A stretch of 64,000 nt of DNA from an uncultured delta proteobacterium. Lineage in GTDB: Bacteria; Myxococcota; Myxococcia; Myxococcales; Anaeromyxobacteraceae. A program made the position numbers and the translations under genes. The stretch is taken from assembly GCA_963814585.1 (NCBI GenBank), contig CAWFDF010000012.1, positions 470,781 to 534,780 of the forward strand. The letters are read 5' to 3'. Below the pieces are notes generated by a model that had not been told where the DNA came from, ran no database searches, and saw only the letters and a program-made list of their open reading frames with translations. Shown here piece after piece: positions 1 to 9,258 of this stretch; within the stretch, counting starts at the first letter, position 1; every line of letters begins with the position of its first letter.

Positions 1-893
1 GCCAGGTCCTTCTGGTCGAACGGCTTGCCGCCCCTCTTGTTGAGCACCTCGAGACAGCCGACCACCTGGCCGTGCCGCGCCATGGGGGCGCAGAGCAGCG
101 ACCGGGTCTGGTAGCCGGTGGCCTCGGAGACGGCGCGGTGGAAGCGCGGGTCCTTCTCGGCGTCGGAGACCGCCACGCAGACGTTCTCCTGGGCGCAGAA
201 GCCGACGATCCCCACGCCGATGGGCACCCTCAGGCCCAGGGCGAGCAGCTTGGCGGCGATGGGGCCGCGCACCACCTCGAAGGAGAGGTCCTTGCGCCCG
301 AGGTCGGCGGTGAAGACCGAGCCGGCCTCGCAGCCGATGACTCGCATGGCGGCATCGAGCGCGAACTCCAGGCCGACGCGGCGTTCCCTCTCCAGCCCCA
401 GCTGGCTGGCCTCGATGAAGAGCTCGGCCAGCGTGTCCTCGGCCTTCACCTCGAGCGCCATGCGGCCGATGGCGTGGAGCGGCGTGGCGACGGGGGTCCG
501 GGTCTCCTCCACGCGGTCGACATGGGCGGAGGGGCGCGCCATCGGTCTCGGGGCCGGAGTCGCGGGTGGCGCCGGCCTCGCCGGCGAGGGGTGAAGCGGC
601 GGCGTGGCGGCCACCGGTGAGGGGGCCCAGGGCTGGACCTCCTGCAGCGGGGCGACCGAGGTGGCCGCCGGCAGCTCCGCGATCCGGAAGACTCGCCCCG
701 AGTCGGGGTCGGTGACGTGGATGGAGCCGTCGGCCCGGATGTCGCAGAGGACGTTGCTGGACGGGTTGATCTCGCCGATCCGCTGCAGCCCGGCCTTGAG
801 CGCCCCGAGCCAGTGGTCCGCATCGAGGCGGAGCGTCAGGTCCATCGGGACCCTGGGCGGCGCCGCCGGGACGAACACCTCGAAGCGAGCCAT
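1..893 (-). CDS. GAF domain-containing protein (runs off the window start)
   Basis: Manual translation from ATG at 893: MARFEVFVP..., a Pro/Ala-rich linker, then GAF-like VPIGVGIVGFCAQ...DPRF...TRSLLCAPM...VVGCLEVLNK. No stop before base 1. Confidence 0.8.
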   Translation of the reverse strand, partial: MARFEVFVPAAPPRVPMDLTLRLDADHWLGALKAGLQRIGEINPSSNVLCDIRADGSIHVTDPDSGRVFRIAELPAATSVAPLQEVQPWAPSPVAATPPLHPSPARPAPPATPAPRPMARPSAHVDRVEETRTPVATPLHAIGRMALEVKAEDTLAELFIEASQLGLERERRVGLEFALDAAMRVIGCEAGSVFTADLGRKDLSFEVVRGPIAAKLLALGLRVPIGVGIVGFCAQENVCVAVSDAEKDPRFHRAVSEATGYQTRSLLCAPMARHGQVVGCLEVLNKRGGKPFDQKDL

Positions 894-895
894 GC

Positions 896-2086
896 TCAGT
901 CCGTCGAGATGATGCGGAACTCCGTCCGGCGGTTCTGGCCCCGGCCCTTCGCGGTCTTGTTGGAGGCGATCGGCCTGGTCGGCCCGTAGCCCGTCGCCTC
1001 GAGCCGATCCGCCGCGATCCCCTTGCCGGTGAGGTAGGTGCGCACCGACTCGGCGCGGGCCCGGCTCAGCTTCATGTTGGACGCCTCGCCGCCGACGGAG
1101 TCGGTGTGTCCCTCGATGGAGAGGCGCATCTTCGGGTAGTCGCGGAGCACCTGCACCACCTGGTCCAGCAGCGGGAAGGAGTCGGCCAGGACCGCCCACC
1201 TGGCGGTCTGGAAGTGGACCTGCTGCTTGATGACGATCCGATCCTTCTTCACCTCCACCAGCGTGTACTTCTTGGGGCAGCCGTCCGGGGCCGGGCCCGG
1301 GTCGTCCGGGCACCTGTCGAGCCGGTCGAGGACGCCGTCACCGTCCTTGTCCCCGTCGGGGCAGCCGCCGTTCTCCTTCGGGCCGGCCTGGTCCGGGCAC
1401 CGGTCCTGGTCGTCGGAGACGCCGTCGCCGTCGCGGTCCTGCACCCGGCAGCCCCGGTTGGTGATGGGGCCGGGGGTGTTGGGGCAGGCGTCCACCTTGT
1501 CGACGATGCCGTCACCGTCGTTGTCGGGGTCGGGGCAGCCGTCTTCGTCCTGGAAGCCGTCGCCGTCCTCGGGGTCGAGGGGGCAGCGGTCGATGTCGTC
1601 GGAGGTGCCGTCCCCGTCGGAGTCCCTGGCCGCCGGGCATCCCTGCGACTCCACCGGGCCGGGCAGGTCGGGGCACTTGTCGTCGAGGTCGGGCACGCCG
1701 TCGCCGTCCCGATCGGTCTTCTCGATGATGATGACCGGGGCCGCCACCGCGACGGGCGTGGTGCCGCCGGGGCTCTTCTCGCGGATGGTGACCTGCGCGG
1801 CGCCGCAGTTCTTGGAGAGCTCCAGCGCCTTCTTCATGTTCTGCTCGGACACCTTGAGGTGGTCGGCGGCGCGGGTGGCGTTGCCCCAGTCGATCTCCGC
1901 CTTGCCGAACTCCAGGTTGGCCTCGGCCAGCGCCAGCTCCCGCGGCGCGCAGCGCACGGCCCCGCTGTTGCGGGCCTTGACGGCGTCCTGCGTGAGCACC
2001 TCGGCGCTGCGCTTCAGCTTCCCGCCGGTGGCGCAGGCGGACAGGGCCAGCAGCGCCAGCGCGGTGACGATGCGCGCGCGGCTCAC
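896..2086 (-). CDS. OmpA-family lipoprotein with thrombospondin type-3-like Ca-binding repeats
   Basis: Lipobox LSAC; repeated DxDGDG..D..DxCP; C-terminal OmpA domain IEGHTD...LSRARA...NRRTEF. Confidence 0.9.
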   Translation of the reverse strand: MSRARIVTALALLALSACATGGKLKRSAEVLTQDAVKARNSGAVRCAPRELALAEANLEFGKAEIDWGNATRAADHLKVSEQNMKKALELSKNCGAAQVTIREKSPGGTTPVAVAAPVIIIEKTDRDGDGVPDLDDKCPDLPGPVESQGCPAARDSDGDGTSDDIDRCPLDPEDGDGFQDEDGCPDPDNDGDGIVDKVDACPNTPGPITNRGCRVQDRDGDGVSDDQDRCPDQAGPKENGGCPDGDKDGDGVLDRLDRCPDDPGPAPDGCPKKYTLVEVKKDRIVIKQQVHFQTARWAVLADSFPLLDQVVQVLRDYPKMRLSIEGHTDSVGGEASNMKLSRARAESVRTYLTGKGIAADRLEATGYGPTRPIASNKTAKGRGQNRRTEFRIISTD

Positions 2087-2388
2087 GGCGCCGGCTCCTT
2101 CTCGGTCCGGTTGCTGGCGGCCAGCGCCTTGACCCGGGCCTCCTTGGCCGCCTCCCTCGCCTTGGCGGCGAAGACCGCGGCGTTCTCGTACTGGGAGTAG
2201 CCGGAGAGCTCGCGGGCCTTCTTCAGGTAGGCCTCGGCGCTGGTGATCTCGTAGGTCGCCAGGGTCTGGGCGCCGGCCGCCCGGGCTCCCTCGATCTCGA
2301 CGTCGGCGTCGATGAGCGCGGTGGTCGACTGGACCGGCCCACAGCCCGCGACGAAGGTGAGCCCGAGGAGGGCGAGGAGGAGCCGCAC
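2083..2388 (-). CDS. DUF4398-like small lipoprotein
   Basis: Lipobox VAGC after a hydrophobic stretch (likely GTG start at 2388); helical AEAYLKKARE; overlaps the OmpA gene start. Confidence 0.7.
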   Translation of the reverse strand: MRLLLALLGLTFVAGCGPVQSTTALIDADVEIEGARAAGAQTLATYEITSAEAYLKKARELSGYSQYENAAVFAAKAREAAKEARVKALAASNRTEKEPAP

Positions 2389-2447
2389 GGGAGTGAACCC
2401 CTTTCGGAAACCCAAGGGTTCGACGCTACCCGCGGGGGACCGGGTCG

Positions 2448-2762
2448 TCAAGGAACGGCGGTGGTCTGCGGCGCCGCCACGGCGCGCGGCAGCTCGGGCT
2501 CCAGGGGCATGAGGTACCAGAGCAGGAGGTAGACCGGAATGCCCCAGAGCCCGAGCACGGCCGTCATGATGACGAGCAGCCGGACGGCCGCCACCGGCAC
2601 GCCGTAGTGGTTGGCGAGCCCCTGGGCGACGCCGGCGACCATCCTCCCCTGCCGGGCGCGGCGCCAGTCGCGGGCCGGCGACCGGTCGGGGATCCAGCTG
2701 GTGCAGGCGCCGCAGCGGAGGGCGCCGTCGGGGATGTCGGTGCGACAGTACGGGCAGAGCAT
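2448..2762 (-). CDS. PspC domain protein with N-terminal zinc ribbon
   Basis: CPYC...CGAC, then RMVAGVAQGLANHYG...YLLLWYLMP (PspC signature); GGAGG SD upstream of ATG 2762. Confidence 0.85.
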   Translation of the reverse strand: MLCPYCRTDIPDGALRCGACTSWIPDRSPARDWRRARQGRMVAGVAQGLANHYGVPVAAVRLLVIMTAVLGLWGIPVYLLLWYLMPLEPELPRAVAAPQTTAVP

Positions 2763-2936
2763 GTGACCTCCTGGCGTGACGGTACGCGCGCGCCCGGCCG
2801 ATATTTCAGCCGGGCGGGGTCTGCCCGTAGACGCCAGTCCGCCAATCCTCCGCGCCGGGTGCATCGGCCGAGTCACCCGGTCGCGGTGGAGGCGTCCGGG
2901 CACGCTGCCGGCGATCCCGTCCACCCGGAACGAGGA

Positions 2937-2960
2937 GAGCCGCCCCTCTCGAGGCGGCTC
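2937..2960 (-). terminator. GC hairpin downstream of citrate synthase
   Basis: GAGCCGCC-N8-GGCGGCTC about 30 nt after the gltA stop; weak U-tract. Confidence 0.45.
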
Positions 2961-2990
2961 CCGGTGAGGCCTGGACGCTGGCGGGGACGG

Positions 2991-4319
2991 CTACGCCAGC
3001 TTGCGGCCGCCCTCGGCGGCCCACTTCTCCAGCATCTCGGTGGTGACCGACTTCGGACGCTCGATGGCGTAGCCGAGGCCGCGGTCCCAGGTGATGTTGG
3101 CGAGCACGCCGAGCGCGCGGCCGACGCCGAAGAGGACCGTGTAGAAGTCCCACTCGCGGACGCCGTAGTACCACTGGATCACGCCGGAGTGCGCGTCCAC
3201 GTTCGGCCACGGGTTCTTGGTCTTGCCGTGCTCGGTGAGGACGCCCGGCGCCACCTCGTAGATCATGTTGACGAGCTGGAAGAGCGGGTCGTTCGGCAGG
3301 TGCTTCTTGGAGAACTCGTTCTGCGCCACGTAGCGCGGGTCGGTCTTGCGGAGCACGGCGTGGCCGTAGCCCGGGATGACCTGGCCGGAGTTCAGGGTGT
3401 CCCAGAGGAACTGCTTGAGCTCCTCCTTGGTGGGCACCTTGTTGTTGAGCTTCTTCATCACGTTCTGGATCCAGCCGAGCACCTCCTGGTTGGCGAGGCC
3501 GTGGAGCGGGCCGGCCAGGCCGTTGATGCCGGCCGACAGGGAGTAGTAGGCGTCGCTGAGCGCCGAGGCCACCAGGTGGGTGGTGTGGGCCGAGACGTTC
3601 CCCGACTCGTGATCCGAGTGGAGGATGAAGTACATGCGGGCGACGTCGTCGTAGGGCTTCTTCTGCCCGATCATGTGGGCGAAGTTGCCGCCCCAGTCGA
3701 GCTTCGGATCCGGGGCGATGAAGGTGTCGCCCTTGTACTTCATCCGGTAGATGTACGCGGCGATGGCCGGCAGCTTGGCCAGCAGGTTCATGGAATCCTC
3801 GTACATGGGATCCCACATGTCGTTCTTCTTGAGCCCGCCCTCGCCGTAGCGCTTGGCGAAGATCGACTCGCGCTGCATCGACAGGATGGCCGAGGAGAAG
3901 AGCGTCATGGGGTGCGAGTCGCGCGGCATGGCGCGGAGCACGTCGACGACGTAGGCGGGGATGTCGGCGCGGGCCTTCCAGTCCTCCACCACCTCGAGCG
4001 TCTGCGCCAGGGTCGGCACGTCGCCGGTCAGCAGGTACCAGAAGAAGCCCTCGACGTAGGGCTGGTCGCTGCCCGGGACCTTGGGGATGGCGGCGAACGT
4101 CTCCGGGATGGTGCGGCCGCGGAAGCGGATGCCTTCCTGCGGGTCCAGGTAGGAGATGTCGGTCACCAGCGAGCGGATGTCGCGCGCACCGCCGATGCAC
4201 TGGCCGATGTTGACCTTGTCGATCACCACCTCGCCGAACTCCTTGTTCAGCTTGGTGATGCGAGGCCGGAACGCCTCGATCTTCTCCTTGAGCTTCAGCT
4301 TCAGATTGGAGTCAGCCAT
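2991..4319 (-). CDS. gltA: Citrate (Si)-synthase, eukaryote/Geobacter-like type
   Basis: [48 protein letters not shown] motifs. Confidence 0.95.
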   Translation of the reverse strand: MADSNLKLKLKEKIEAFRPRITKLNKEFGEVVIDKVNIGQCIGGARDIRSLVTDISYLDPQEGIRFRGRTIPETFAAIPKVPGSDQPYVEGFFWYLLTGDVPTLAQTLEVVEDWKARADIPAYVVDVLRAMPRDSHPMTLFSSAILSMQRESIFAKRYGEGGLKKNDMWDPMYEDSMNLLAKLPAIAAYIYRMKYKGDTFIAPDPKLDWGGNFAHMIGQKKPYDDVARMYFILHSDHESGNVSAHTTHLVASALSDAYYSLSAGINGLAGPLHGLANQEVLGWIQNVMKKLNNKVPTKEELKQFLWDTLNSGQVIPGYGHAVLRKTDPRYVAQNEFSKKHLPNDPLFQLVNMIYEVAPGVLTEHGKTKNPWPNVDAHSGVIQWYYGVREWDFYTVLFGVGRALGVLANITWDRGLGYAIERPKSVTTEMLEKWAAEGGRKLA

Positions 4320-4608
4320 GGTGTGGTCTCCAGCCGGGGACGGGTAGGTGCAGCGTCAGGAAGCCTTCGCGGGTGTACCGAGGGCACGCATCCTACTTGC
4401 GCCCTCTCGCGAACTGCAAACGGGAAACGGACGCCCGTCGTGGAGCCCGAAAGTCTATTAACGCGATGGCTCAACGTTTTCCGCGATTCCACGCCTTCGC
4501 TCTCAGCGAAGTGCGACGCTAAACCGCACGGACGCGGACTGGCCTCCGCCTGCACTTCGAGTGGACGGCCGGCCGGGCGGGGAGCCGCCCCGGCGCGACC
4601 CCGGCGGA

Positions 4609-5061
4609 TCAGCGGCCCAGGCCGGCCGCCAGCGCGGCGGCGACCTGGTCGGCCAGCCGGCCGTCGCGGGCGGGGGCCGCCTCGACCTCGACCGCCGGCG
4701 CGGGCGCTCCCGGGGGCCGGGACAGGGGGTCTGCAGTTCCTGCAGGGTCCACGGTTCCTGCAGCCTCCTTCGCCTTCCCCTTGCCCGTCCCCGCCGCCGA
4801 GCGGCAGAGGCGGCACCAGGGCTGGTTCCGGATCGCGCCATCGGCCATCTTGCGCAGGCCGAACTGCGACAGCGGCCGCATCTGGTGGCACTTCAGGCAC
4901 ATCAGCGTGATGAAGACCTCGTTGCCGTCGGCGTCGTAGATGGAGGACCGCCGCCGCCTGGGGCGAGGCGTCTCGCCGGCGGGCGCGGCCTTCCTGGCCA
5001 CGACGGACTTCGACTCGGCGCCACGAACGATGGCGGGCGCGACCATGACCCTGGTGGCCAT
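4609..5061 (-). CDS. Small hypothetical protein with CxxC-x24-CxxC zinc-binding motif
   Basis: CLKCHQMRPLSQFGLRKMADGAIRNQPWCRLC; GGAGG SD 7 nt upstream of ATG. Confidence 0.7.
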   Translation of the reverse strand: MATRVMVAPAIVRGAESKSVVARKAAPAGETPRPRRRRSSIYDADGNEVFITLMCLKCHQMRPLSQFGLRKMADGAIRNQPWCRLCRSAAGTGKGKAKEAAGTVDPAGTADPLSRPPGAPAPAVEVEAAPARDGRLADQVAAALAAGLGR

Positions 5062-5140
5062 CCTGGTGCCTCCGGATGAGTGGAACCTTCACTCCCGCAG
5101 GGGAGCCGCAGCACCCCCGACACGGAGGCGGCGAGGCCGG

Positions 5141-5162
5141 AACCTAGCCGACGGGTCTGACA
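5141..5162 (-). promoter_or_regulatory. PafBC-type (RecA-NDp-like) promoter TGTCAG-N10-TAGGTT
   Basis: Minus strand reads TGTCAG ACCCGTCGGC TAGGTT; intergenic and pointing at the 4609-5061 gene; about 0.75 kb from the pafB-like start. Confidence 0.6.
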
Positions 5163-5177
5163 GCGCCCGAGGGCGGA

Positions 5178-5828
5178 TCAGGCCGGCTGGTCGACGCCGC
5201 GCTCGGAGGCGGCCGAGAGCACCTTGTAGAGTGGGGCCAGGTCGCGAAACACGCCCAGCAGGTCGCCCAGCGCCAGGCTGCGCGCCTCCTCGGCGCCGAA
5301 GGCGACGCCGACGTCGAGGCCCGGCCCGCCGGCCAGGAGGCCCTCCGCCAGCTCGGCCCAGAAGGCGGGCGTGTGGGCCGGCGCCAGCTCCGGCAGCTCC
5401 TCGTGGTCCCAGCCGGCGAACTGCCGCAGCTTCCGGAAGGGCTTCCCCTTCCTGGCCAGGTTGCCCGCCTCCCGCCGGAGCGCGTCCAGCATCGCCCCCC
5501 AGCGGGCCGACTCGCCGCGCACGCCGACACGCGCGTGGAGGTGCGCACGGGTCACCGCCACGCCCAGGTAGGGGACGCCCCGCCACCCGCGCGGCGAGTC
5601 GCAGAACGCCACCAGCGCCTCCCTGGGGGGCTGGCCGCGGCGGGCGGCTGGCCGGGCCAGGTGGGCGTGGAGCGGCCGGCCGCTGAGCCGGGAGAGCCCG
5701 CCGGCGCTCTGCGCGGCGATGGCCCGGAGCTTGGGGAGCAGCGTCGCCTCCAACGCGGCGGCCCGCCGCTCCGGGTCGTCGATCTCGAAGAGCTCGAAGT
5801 CCGCTGGTCCGAGGCCGAGGCCTGCCAT
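5178..5828 (-). CDS. DUF1054 (YktB-like) family protein
   Basis: DFELFEI...RA..LE...PKL...HAHLARPAARR...PPREALVAF pattern. Confidence 0.65.
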   Translation of the reverse strand: MAGLGLGPADFELFEIDDPERRAAALEATLLPKLRAIAAQSAGGLSRLSGRPLHAHLARPAARRGQPPREALVAFCDSPRGWRGVPYLGVAVTRAHLHARVGVRGESARWGAMLDALRREAGNLARKGKPFRKLRQFAGWDHEELPELAPAHTPAFWAELAEGLLAGGPGLDVGVAFGAEEARSLALGDLLGVFRDLAPLYKVLSAASERGVDQPA

Positions 5829-5904
5829 GCGCACCGCCACCAGTGAGAAGGCCTCATGCTAGCACACGTTGACTCCTCCCCTGCGGCGGTGCGAGGTTTC
5901 CCAC

Positions 5905-6906
5905 GTGCAGAAGGCAGCGCGCCTCCTCGATCTCGCGGCGTTCCTCCTCCGCGCCGCGGAGCCGGTCTCCTGGCGCGAGATCCAGGAGCAGTTCGCCGGC
6001 GACTACGGGGGCTCGGGCGAGGCCGCCATCCGCAAGTTCGAGCGAGACAAGGCCGACCTGCTGGAGCTGGCCATCCCCATCCGCTACGAGCCGGGCGACG
6101 AGGACCAGGCCGCCGGCTACCTGATCGACCGGGACGAGTTCTACCTCCCCGACCTCAAGCTGCCGCCCGAGGACCTGGCCATGCTCTACGTGGCCGGCTC
6201 GGCGGCGCTGGCCTCGGGCTCGTTCCCGTACTCCCGGGACCTGGCCCACGCCATGAACAAGCTCAGCTTCGCGGCCCGGGCGCCGGGCGCCTCGGAGGCG
6301 GCGGCGCTGGCCACCCACCACCTCTCGCGCCCCGACGGCGCGGTCACGGCCGCCGCCTTGCTGGAGGAGCTCTCCCGGGCGGTGGCCATGAAGAAGCGGG
6401 TGCGGCTCACCTACGCCGGGGCCGAGCGGCGCGCCCGCACCGAGCGCGACCTCGACCCCTACGGGCTCTTCCAGAAGGGCGGCGCCTGGTTCGTCACCGG
6501 CTGGTGCCACCTGCGCAAGGCGCAGCGGACCTTCCACCTGGCCCGCATCGAGCAGCTCTCCGTCAACCAGAAGGCGCCGCGCACCCCCGACTTCACGCCG
6601 CGCAAGGAGCTGCCGCTGGCCGAGGTGGCCACCCGGGAGACCTGGGAGTTCACCGTCCACGCCCCGCAGCGCTGCCGCGTCCGGCTGGAGCCACCGGTCT
6701 CGCCCGAGGTCCTGGCCAGCTTCGGCCCCCGCGCCCGGCGCCAGGAGGACGGCGCCGCCACCATCGTGGAACTCGACGCCACCAACGGCGAGGGGCTGAT
6801 CCGCCACGTCCTCTCGCTGGGGGATCGGGCCGAGCTGCTCTCGCCGAGGCCGCTGCGCCAGCGGGCCCGCGCCATCCTCGCCGAACTGGCCCGGAGGGTG
6901 GCGTGA
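5905..6906 (+). CDS. pafB: PafB-like HTH-WYL-WCX transcriptional regulator
   Basis: HTH with IRKFERDKADL..LAIP (PafB-type FERDK); WYL domain ERDLDPYGL...WFVTG...RTFHLARI; probable GTG start 5905. Confidence 0.8.
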   Translation: MQKAARLLDLAAFLLRAAEPVSWREIQEQFAGDYGGSGEAAIRKFERDKADLLELAIPIRYEPGDEDQAAGYLIDRDEFYLPDLKLPPEDLAMLYVAGSAALASGSFPYSRDLAHAMNKLSFAARAPGASEAAALATHHLSRPDGAVTAAALLEELSRAVAMKKRVRLTYAGAERRARTERDLDPYGLFQKGGAWFVTGWCHLRKAQRTFHLARIEQLSVNQKAPRTPDFTPRKELPLAEVATRETWEFTVHAPQRCRVRLEPPVSPEVLASFGPRARRQEDGAATIVELDATNGEGLIRHVLSLGDRAELLSPRPLRQRARAILAELARRVA

Positions 6907-8006
6907 GGCGCGCGCCGCGCCAGGCCGGGGGCCAGCCGAAGGGCGGCGTACCGAAGCGGCGGGCCGCGGCGGCGAGGAAGGCCCCCTCCCCCGCGAGCCA
7001 GGCGGCGAAGGCCCCCGGCAGGCCCCGCGCCCCGGCCGCCCCCCGCCGCGACGCCGAGCCCGGCGCCAGCGACCCCCGCGAGCGCCTGCGGCGCGTCCTC
7101 TTCCTCGTCCCCTACGCGGTGCAGCACCCCGGCATCCACGTGCGGGAGCTGGCCCGCCGCTGCGGGGTCACCGAGACGGAGCTGCTCGAGGACCTCGACT
7201 TCCTCATGGAGGTCGGCTCGCCGCCGTTCGCGCCCGACGACTTCCTCGACCTCTACGTCGAGGGCGACCGGGTCCACGTGGCGCTCCACCAGAGCTTCAT
7301 CCGCCCGCCCCGCTTCACCGAGAGCGAGGCGGCGGCGCTGGCCGCGGCGGCCAGCGCGCTGGGCGGCGAGGGGCGGGAGCGGGCCGTCCAGGCGCTGCGC
7401 GACTCGGTGCCGAAGGATCGCCGCGCCTCCTTCGACGAGCTGGTGGATCGGATCTACGCCGGGGCCCCGCCGGCCCGCGACTCGGTGCTGGGGCGGCTGC
7501 AGCGGGCCATCGCCGAGCGGCGCGCGGTGCGGCTCACCTACCTCTCCGCGTCCTCGGACACCGAGGCCGAGCGGACCGTCCACCCCTACACGCTGGCCCA
7601 GCGGCTGGGCCACTGGTACCTCTACGGCCACGACGCCGCGCGCGCCAGGCCGCTGGCCTTCCGCATCGACCGGATCCGCGACTGCGCGCTGACCGACCAG
7701 CGCTTCGAGGCCCCCTCCGACGCCGAGCTGGCCAGGGCCCGGCTCTTCTCCGAGCCGACCGGCGAGGGGATCCGGGTCCGGCTCGGCCCGCTGGCGGCGG
7801 CCTGGGCGCTGGCCCGGCCGGGGGGCATGGAGCTCCTGAAGCGGACCGACGACGGCGGCGCGGTGGTCGAGCTGAAGGGGGTCTCGGAGGAGTGGGCCAC
7901 CCGCTTCGCCCTCTCCTTCGGGGGCGGCGCCGAGGTGATCGGGCCGGCCGCCGCGGCGCGCCACTTCGGGGAGGCGGTGAACCGCGCCTTCGCGAGGTAC
8001 CGGTAG
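6903..8006 (+). CDS. pafC: PafC-like HTH-WYL-WCX transcriptional regulator
   Basis: GTGA overlap with upstream gene; RLRRVLFLVPY...LLEDL (PafC HTH); ERTVHPY...HWYLYG...AFRIDRI. Confidence 0.8.
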   Translation: MRRAPRQAGGQPKGGVPKRRAAAARKAPSPASQAAKAPGRPRAPAAPRRDAEPGASDPRERLRRVLFLVPYAVQHPGIHVRELARRCGVTETELLEDLDFLMEVGSPPFAPDDFLDLYVEGDRVHVALHQSFIRPPRFTESEAAALAAAASALGGEGRERAVQALRDSVPKDRRASFDELVDRIYAGAPPARDSVLGRLQRAIAERRAVRLTYLSASSDTEAERTVHPYTLAQRLGHWYLYGHDAARARPLAFRIDRIRDCALTDQRFEAPSDAELARARLFSEPTGEGIRVRLGPLAAAWALARPGGMELLKRTDDGGAVVELKGVSEEWATRFALSFGGGAEVIGPAAAARHFGEAVNRAFARYR

Positions 8007-8085
8007 CAGCGGCCTCCGGGCCGCGGGACCCGCCAGGTCGAACGGGCGGACCTGCCCACCGGCTGGAGACGAATGGACGAGTCTT

Positions 8086-8116
8086 GCGGCGGCGACCCAG
8101 CAGCCGTCGCCGCCGC
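8086..8116. terminator. Hairpin between convergent genes
   Basis: GCGGCGGCGAC-N9-GTCGCCGCCGC, perfect 11-bp stem. Confidence 0.5.
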
Positions 8117-8118
8117 GA

Positions 8119-9003
8119 CTAGCGCTTCACCTGGGCCCACTCGAAGAGCAGGTCGGCGACCACGGCCAGGTCGCGGTCGCCGCGGCCGCTGGCCACCACG
8201 TCCGACAGCAGCTGCCGCGCCGCGGCGTTGACCGGGAGCTTGGCCCCCTGCTCGGCGGCCGCCTCCTGGACCAGCCGCTGGTCCTTCTCCACCAGCCGGG
8301 CAGCCACCCGCGGAGCGTAGTCGCCGGCCAGCATCTGCTCGCCCTTCATCAGGTGGAACGGCGAGTGGAAGCCGGAGGCCTGCAGCACCTCCAGCACCTT
8401 GGCCGGGTCGAGGCCGCCGGAGGCCCCCAGGGCCATGGCCTCGGCCAGCCCGGTGGCCATGGCCGCCCCGACCGAGGCGATGCAGAGCTTGGCCAGCGAG
8501 GCGTGGACCGCCGAGTCGAGCTCGAAGAGCCGGGCGCCGATGGCGTGGAGCGCCGGGCGCACCTTGGCGAGCGCCTCGGCCGGGCCGCCGGCCACCACCA
8601 CCAGCTGGGCCTTCTCCGCGGCGACGCGGGAGCCGAGCAGCGGGGCGGCCACGAGCTGCCCCCCGTGCTTCGCCACCCGCTCGGCCAGGGCCCGGGTGGC
8701 GCGGGTGCCGGAGGTGCCCAGGTCCACCAGCACCGCGCCCTTCCCCAGGCCGGCGAGGACCCCGTCTGGGCCCTCCAGCACCGCCTCGTTGGCCGACGCG
8801 TCGGTGAGGCAGAGGAAGACCAGCTCCCGCCCGGCGGCGCAGGCGCGCGGCGTGTCGGCCCGGCTCGCCCCCTTCTTCACCAGCGTGTCGGCGGCGGTCG
8901 GGGTCCTGCTCCAGACCGTCAGCTCGTGTCCTGCCTTGCGGAGGTTGTTGGCGACGGGCCCACCCATGGTACCGAGCCCGATGAAGCCGAGGCGGAGGCG
9001 CAT
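8119..9003 (-). CDS. NAD(P)-dependent oxidoreductase, 3-hydroxyisobutyrate dehydrogenase family
   Basis: GFIGLGTMG Rossmann motif, AAPLLGS, KDQRL. Confidence 0.85.
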   Translation of the reverse strand: MRLRLGFIGLGTMGGPVANNLRKAGHELTVWSRTPTAADTLVKKGASRADTPRACAAGRELVFLCLTDASANEAVLEGPDGVLAGLGKGAVLVDLGTSGTRATRALAERVAKHGGQLVAAPLLGSRVAAEKAQLVVVAGGPAEALAKVRPALHAIGARLFELDSAVHASLAKLCIASVGAAMATGLAEAMALGASGGLDPAKVLEVLQASGFHSPFHLMKGEQMLAGDYAPRVAARLVEKDQRLVQEAAAEQGAKLPVNAAARQLLSDVVASGRGDRDLAVVADLLFEWAQVKR

Positions 9004-9258
9004 GGGCCATCCTTTGCCAAGGTGGAGGTGGGCGGCAAGGAGAAAGTCGACCGGCGGTGACGGCCCTGGCGAAGGCCGGGGCCAGCATTCGACCGCGGGT
9101 CGACGCCGCACCGCGCCGTCCGACGCCAGCGAGGCGTTTGGTCGCAGGGGCCTCACCGCGCCCGGCGGCCACGCGCCGGGCTGGATCGCCGGCAGGATCG
9201 GTGCCACGATCCCGCGCCTCGCCGGCTCCACGGCGGGCAAGGAACGGTCCGGACGGCG

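Noticed and set aside
1250..1720. Repetitive CCGTCGCCGTC-like DNA suggesting an array
   Set aside because: Explained by DxDGDG TSP3-like protein repeats in the OmpA gene; there is no repeat-spacer structure, so not CRISPR.
5117..5122. Second TGTCGG on the minus strand near the PafBC-type motif
   Set aside because: No TAnnnT 10 nt downstream.
5905..8006. WYL genes as markers of a CRISPR or defence island
   Set aside because: No cas or defence genes or arrays nearby; the motifs fit the PafB/PafC class.
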